A program made the translations under genes and the position numbers. A stretch of 45,338 nt of DNA, taken from contig CAYJWS010000001.1 of assembly GCA_964373925.1 (NCBI GenBank), positions 1-45,338 of the forward strand, in the 5' to 3' direction. Shown piece by piece: positions 41,620 through 45,338 of the stretch (the stretch's first letter is position 1; every line of letters begins with the position of its first letter). Origin of the DNA: an uncultured Gammaproteobacteria bacterium. Its GTDB lineage: Bacteria; Patescibacteriota; Patescibacteriia; Buchananbacterales; GWA2-38-13. The notes under the pieces were generated by a model, which was not told where the DNA came from, searched no databases, and saw nothing but the letters and a program-made list of their open reading frames with translations.

Positions 41620-43008
41620 ATGAAAAAAAATAAACTCATAATTTTTATTTTTATCGCGATAGCGCTTATAACGCGCCTTTTATACTTGAATACCAGGCCT
41701 CTTCACCATGACGAGGGAGTTAATTTCTTTTTTGCCGAACAGATTATCCAGCAAGGAAAATTTATGTATGACCCGACTAACTACCACGGGCCACTGTATT
41801 TCTTTTCCATTTTTTTGTCATTTATGCTATTTGGCGTTTCAGAATTTTCTCTTCGTTTGCCCGCGGCAATATATGGAATATTGCTTTTACTCATTCCGCT
41901 ATTATTGATAAGGAAAAAAGAAGTGTTTGAGCCATACACAACATTAATTTTTTTGCTTATTTCACCAAGTATTCTCTATTTTTCTCGATATTCCATTCAT
42001 GAAGTAGCGCTTGTATTTTTCTCGTGTTTAACAATAATTTTTTTTACAAAAATTTTTGAAAACAAGGATCTCCGCTACCTTCCATTTTTTTCAATCGCGC
42101 TTGCCCTTATGCTTGCGACAAAAGAAACGTCCATTATCTTTTTATTGCTATTATTGATACTTCTTTTTTTAGAAGGAAAAAATCTAAAAAAAATTCAATG
42201 GCGCGAAGATCGTTTTTTTATATATATCTCCATTATACTTTTCTTGCTTATTTATATTGCCCTTTTTACTGCTTTCTTTAACAGCTTGCAAGGGTTTATA
42301 CAATCAATTCAAGGGATCTTTCCGTGGTTCAAAAGAAGCTATTCTGACAGCGGTCATTTTAAGCCATGGTTTTACTATATTGCAATACTTACGAAATACG
42401 AACTTCCGATTTTTATATATGCCATTTTTGGAATCTTTTATGCTTGGAAAAATGCGTTTTCAAGAACTATCGCGCTCTGGTTTCTTTGGAACTTGGCAAT
42501 ATATAGCATAATTAAATATAAAATGCCGTGGCTTGTGGTTAATATCACCGTGCCCATGTGCTATCTTGCCGGAGTTGGATATAAGCATATCCCTTTGAAA
42601 AAAATGCAAAAGCTGATTTTTACTTCTGTTGGCATAGCCTATCTTGTATTTTTTTCTTTATATACTAATGTCTGGTATCCATGGCAGTCAAACAATACTT
42701 TTGCTTACGTTCATACATACGCGAATATTTTTGACCTCGTAAAAAAAATTAATTCTGTCTATGGCCAAGATGACAAAATTTTGATTGTTTCCAAGGACTA
42801 CTGGCCATTGCCTTTTTATCTTTACAAAAAAAATGTGGAGTATCTTCCAGATGCTGCGTCAATTAAATATGAGGATTATGAAAATTTCAAAATATTCATT
42901 GTGCGAGACACGCTATTTTCTCAAGAACAAGTTCCAAGGGGTTTTGCCTATGAAGAGTTTGCCCTTCGAGATGGCGTGAATATCTACGTGGTGTATAAAA
43001 ATCAATAA
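41620..43008 (+). CDS. polytopic GT-C glycosyltransferase (PMT_2/ArnT-like)
   Basis: 462-aa ORF; more than 10 hydrophobic segments; first-loop RPLHHDEGVNFF and YHGPLYFF motifs; divergent from the giant surface-protein genes. Confidence 0.8.
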   Translation: MKKNKLIIFIFIAIALITRLLYLNTRPLHHDEGVNFFFAEQIIQQGKFMYDPTNYHGPLYFFSIFLSFMLFGVSEFSLRLPAAIYGILLLLIPLLLIRKKEVFEPYTTLIFLLISPSILYFSRYSIHEVALVFFSCLTIIFFTKIFENKDLRYLPFFSIALALMLATKETSIIFLLLLLILLFLEGKNLKKIQWREDRFFIYISIILFLLIYIALFTAFFNSLQGFIQSIQGIFPWFKRSYSDSGHFKPWFYYIAILTKYELPIFIYAIFGIFYAWKNAFSRTIALWFLWNLAIYSIIKYKMPWLVVNITVPMCYLAGVGYKHIPLKKMQKLIFTSVGIAYLVFFSLYTNVWYPWQSNNTFAYVHTYANIFDLVKKINSVYGQDDKILIVSKDYWPLPFYLYKKNVEYLPDAASIKYEDYENFKIFIVRDTLFSQEQVPRGFAYEEFALRDGVNIYVVYKNQ

Positions 43009-43094
43009 TGTGATAGATGCTTGACATTATTTAATGAATGAAATAGTATAAAATAAAGGAATATTAGCACTCTACAATATTTGCCCCTCTCATT

Positions 43095-43382
43095 TTGTTA
43101 ATGTATTTTGACGAAATACTCGTTAACAGAATCGAGAAGGGCAAAGCTAAAAAAAGCTTAACACGAGGATTCGTCATCCTAATAGTGTACCCTCTCAATT
43201 TAACACATAATGCTAAACATATGTTTCAAGCATTGCGAGCGGGTTTCACACTCGTTATTATAATCCTTGTGCTTCAAGCTCTTCTCCCTGAGGTAGCCTC
43301 GGGCATAATTCAAATCATTCTTAAAATGATCGGCATCGCGAATTATTCTCTTGACCAAGCCATCGATGGCTTGCCTCAGTGA
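43095..43382 (+). CDS. small hypothetical membrane protein (weak; the true start may be the internal MFQALRAG)
   Basis: 95-aa ORF with one clear hydrophobic helix (FTLVIIILVLQALLP); followed by terminator 43387-43419. Confidence 0.3.
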   Translation: MLMYFDEILVNRIEKGKAKKSLTRGFVILIVYPLNLTHNAKHMFQALRAGFTLVIIILVLQALLPEVASGIIQIILKMIGIANYSLDQAIDGLPQ

Positions 43383-43386
43383 TCTT

Positions 43387-43419
43387 TAAAAAGACTCGAA
43401 CCTTCGAGTCTTTTCTTTT
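43387..43419. terminator. bidirectional terminator between the small ORF and the SEFIR/TIR gene
   Basis: stem AAGACTCG/CGAGTCTT, A-run before and T-run after. Confidence 0.75.
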
Positions 43420-43436
43420 GGCGAATTTCGGGAGAG

Positions 43437-44885
43437 CTATTTAATGGTACCTATCTTATTTGGATCAATAACATTTTCTAATGGAAGAATCTCATAATCC
43501 CATGGATGTCTGCGTTGTCGCTCTTTGTTTTTCTCAGTATATTCTGCAATCAATTTTTTAAGTTGCTCAATATTTTGAATATCAAAAAGGACTTTAATTT
43601 TCTCAAAATATTGAAACGATATCATTCGCTCAAATAGCTCAACGGCACTTCCACGAGAATTATATACAGAAGTTCGAGGAAACCACGAAAACCTACCTCC
43701 ATACAATTCAGTTATATAATACAGAACCAAATCTGCCTGTTTGATTTCATCAAAACTAATATCCGTGCGTGTTGAATGTTCCTTAATTAAATCCGCAGTC
43801 AAACTGACACGACGCTTGTCTAATCTTTTATTTCTTGTTTCATCCAGTGAACGAGAAGACTTATTAAAAATATTAATACCGTTATATGTTAATTCACTAG
43901 AATTTGGATGATGGTAGAAGTATTGAGAGTTTATGAAATGGGAAACCTCCTTATACTTTTTCAACTGCAGAAGTATCGCAACAAAATTTAGAATAAGTTC
44001 ATAAGTAAAAAATTTGTAATTATCATAATCAACCTCAGTATAAGACTGAATATTTTCTGGACGATAAAAAAATGGTATCAATTTTTCAAAAAAGTTATGG
44101 AATTTTTCAAAATCAACAGATTCTTGATATTTAAACACTGTAAAAACAAAATCAATAAAATCATCCCTCAAAGGAAGCATTTTTTCTATTGTTTTAACTA
44201 CACGATCATCAAAATCTGTCATCGAGCCACCCGACAAACGAAAATCTTCTAACAAAAAAATCACCGTATCAAGATAATCCGAGATTAAACCGTTTGAGCT
44301 TCGTCTATCATTTAAAAGTGCATTCTTAATTTCAGCTACCTTGTGAGATGTTTTTAATACGATCTGCTCTTCCTCGACAATATAGACGGGTGGAGTTCCG
44401 AGTAATGGTCTTTTTAGTAACGGTTTATCGTACAAATTCCTTATCAATTTTTGATAACTTTCTTCAAATTTTTCATCCGAAGAAAGATCAATATAAATTC
44501 TACTCGCCATATAATGCGGAATGCAAGGGTTCCCCGCGTCATCATATTCCCGCACAATGGGAATAAATTTTTCTTGGACAGTATTTTCATAAACCTCTTT
44601 TGAAATTAACTGTGTTTCTGTCCCCACTCCTCCCTTTCTATCATCAGCTTTCGTTTGATAAACACGGTCACAAACAACAAGCACTTTTTTAATATTTATA
44701 TCATTTATCATTTGCTCCATAAAAACATGTTTATCCTGTCCCCCTTTCAAATCCCACTCATCCAATACCACGACTATCCCATCTCCAGACAAACGCACCG
44801 CTAAATCTAAAACCCACTGCTTATGTTGTAGGCTTGTCCAGCTATAAGAGATAAAAACTTTAGGTTGTGCGGTGCTACCTTTCAT
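43437..44885 (-). CDS. SEFIR/TIR-like domain protein with an uncharacterised ~330-aa C-terminal domain
   Basis: 482-aa ORF; N-terminal PKVFISYSWTSLQHKQWVLDLAVRLSGDGIVVVLDEWDLKGGQDKHVFMEQMINDINIKKVLVVCDRVYQTKADDRKGGVGTE matches the bacterial SEFIR/TIR_2 pattern as I know it; the remainder is helical with no recognised motif. Confidence 0.75.
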   Translation of the reverse strand: MKGSTAQPKVFISYSWTSLQHKQWVLDLAVRLSGDGIVVVLDEWDLKGGQDKHVFMEQMINDINIKKVLVVCDRVYQTKADDRKGGVGTETQLISKEVYENTVQEKFIPIVREYDDAGNPCIPHYMASRIYIDLSSDEKFEESYQKLIRNLYDKPLLKRPLLGTPPVYIVEEEQIVLKTSHKVAEIKNALLNDRRSSNGLISDYLDTVIFLLEDFRLSGGSMTDFDDRVVKTIEKMLPLRDDFIDFVFTVFKYQESVDFEKFHNFFEKLIPFFYRPENIQSYTEVDYDNYKFFTYELILNFVAILLQLKKYKEVSHFINSQYFYHHPNSSELTYNGINIFNKSSRSLDETRNKRLDKRRVSLTADLIKEHSTRTDISFDEIKQADLVLYYITELYGGRFSWFPRTSVYNSRGSAVELFERMISFQYFEKIKVLFDIQNIEQLKKLIAEYTEKNKERQRRHPWDYEILPLENVIDPNKIGTIK

Positions 44886-44912
44886 AATTTTTGGTTGGGG
44901 ATAACTAACTAC

Positions 44913-44952
44913 TTGTATACTTTCTATTTATCTTCTATACTGATAGTATAAT
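44913..44952 (+). promoter_or_regulatory. lexA promoter region with a candidate palindromic operator
   Basis: TTGTAT (44913-44918), 17 nt, TATACT (44936-44941); second -10 TATAAT (44947-44952); perfect palindrome TATACTgatAGTATA (44936-44950) overlaps both. Confidence 0.45.
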
Positions 44953-44977
44953 CCTTATAAAATTCTCGTCAATACCC

Positions 44978-45338
44978 ATGATTACCAAAAAACAAAAAAA
45001 GGTGCTTGATTTCATAAAAATTTATAAGACCGCCAAGGGCTATGCCCCCTCTCTTGAGGAAATTGGTAAAAAATTCAAGCTTGCTTCAGTATCTACTGCC
45101 CACTATTACATAAAAAAACTACAGGAAGCTGGGCAACTTAATAAAGAATTTAATCAACCCCGGGGCATTTCGGCTATTGAACAAAAACAAACGATAGAGA
45201 TACCAATTCTCGGCGCAATTGCGGCAGGTGAGCCTATTGAGGCGATAGAAATTCCTGATGAAACCATCACTATTACAAAAGATGAAATTGGAAAGCAGGG
45301 CAAGCACTACGCTTTGCGTGTGCAAGGTAGCAGTATGA
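44978..45338 (+). CDS. lexA: LexA repressor, 5' partial (continues beyond the window end)
   Basis: my translation from ATG 44978: MITKKQKKVLDFIKIYKTAKGYAPSLEEIGKKFKLASVSTAHYYIKKLQEAGQL..IPILGAIAAGEPIEAIE..YALRVQGSSM; winged-helix, Ala-Gly cleavage site and the G-S-S-M catalytic serine motif are all present; not in the ORF track because no stop is reached. Confidence 0.85.
   Translation, partial: MITKKQKKVLDFIKIYKTAKGYAPSLEEIGKKFKLASVSTAHYYIKKLQEAGQLNKEFNQPRGISAIEQKQTIEIPILGAIAAGEPIEAIEIPDETITITKDEIGKQGKHYALRVQGSSM

Noticed and set aside
1-45338. CRISPR arrays, tRNA/rRNA genes, transposases, integrases, prophage genes
   Set aside because: I scanned the intergenic regions by eye and found no regularly spaced direct repeats (the only tandem repeat has two copies), no T-loop GGTTCGAATCC-type tRNA signatures and no recognisable mobility proteins in the ORF track.

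Overview
AT-rich, tightly packed 45.3-kb bacterial chromosome segment. Most genes lack a Shine-Dalgarno sequence, and the intergenic DNA carries many short GC-rich palindromic repeats. Gene content and style resemble a reduced-genome uncultivated bacterium (Patescibacteria/CPR-like; inference only). Core genes recognised from their translations are glyA, folD, ychF, rpsF-ssb-rpsR, efp, recA (behind a RodZ-like HTH gene), ftsK, rpoB-rpoC, a MurE-like Mur ligase, an RNA methyltransferase, and the 5' part of lexA, which runs off the window end and is absent from the ORF track. Accessory content: (a) a 1054-aa Cys-rich/TSP3-repeat surface protein followed by an orphan histidine kinase; (b) a CYTH + NUDIX pair; (c) a HicB/HicA-like toxin-antitoxin pair; (d) a compositionally foreign two-gene island (TPR protein plus an unknown 195-aa protein) with higher GC, strong SD sites and its own sigma70-like promoters; (e) two GT-C membrane glycosyltransferases; (f) two giant secreted proteins (941 and 1462 aa) carrying six Cys-bracketed dockerin-like calcium-binding modules; (g) a SEFIR/TIR-like protein with an unrecognised C-terminal domain, divergent from lexA. 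I saw no rRNA, tRNA, CRISPR array, transposase, integrase or reverse transcriptase. The most notable observations are: (1) the SEFIR/TIR candidate defence gene, which shares a palindrome-bearing intergenic region with lexA; (2) a GC-rich palindromic repeat sitting in frame inside ychF; (3) orphan copies of the giant proteins' N-terminal leader flanking the giant genes, plus a 248-bp perfectly identical internal repeat; (4) two promoter-to-terminator units without an ORF (candidate ncRNAs). All functional calls come from reading motifs by eye; no database search was possible.
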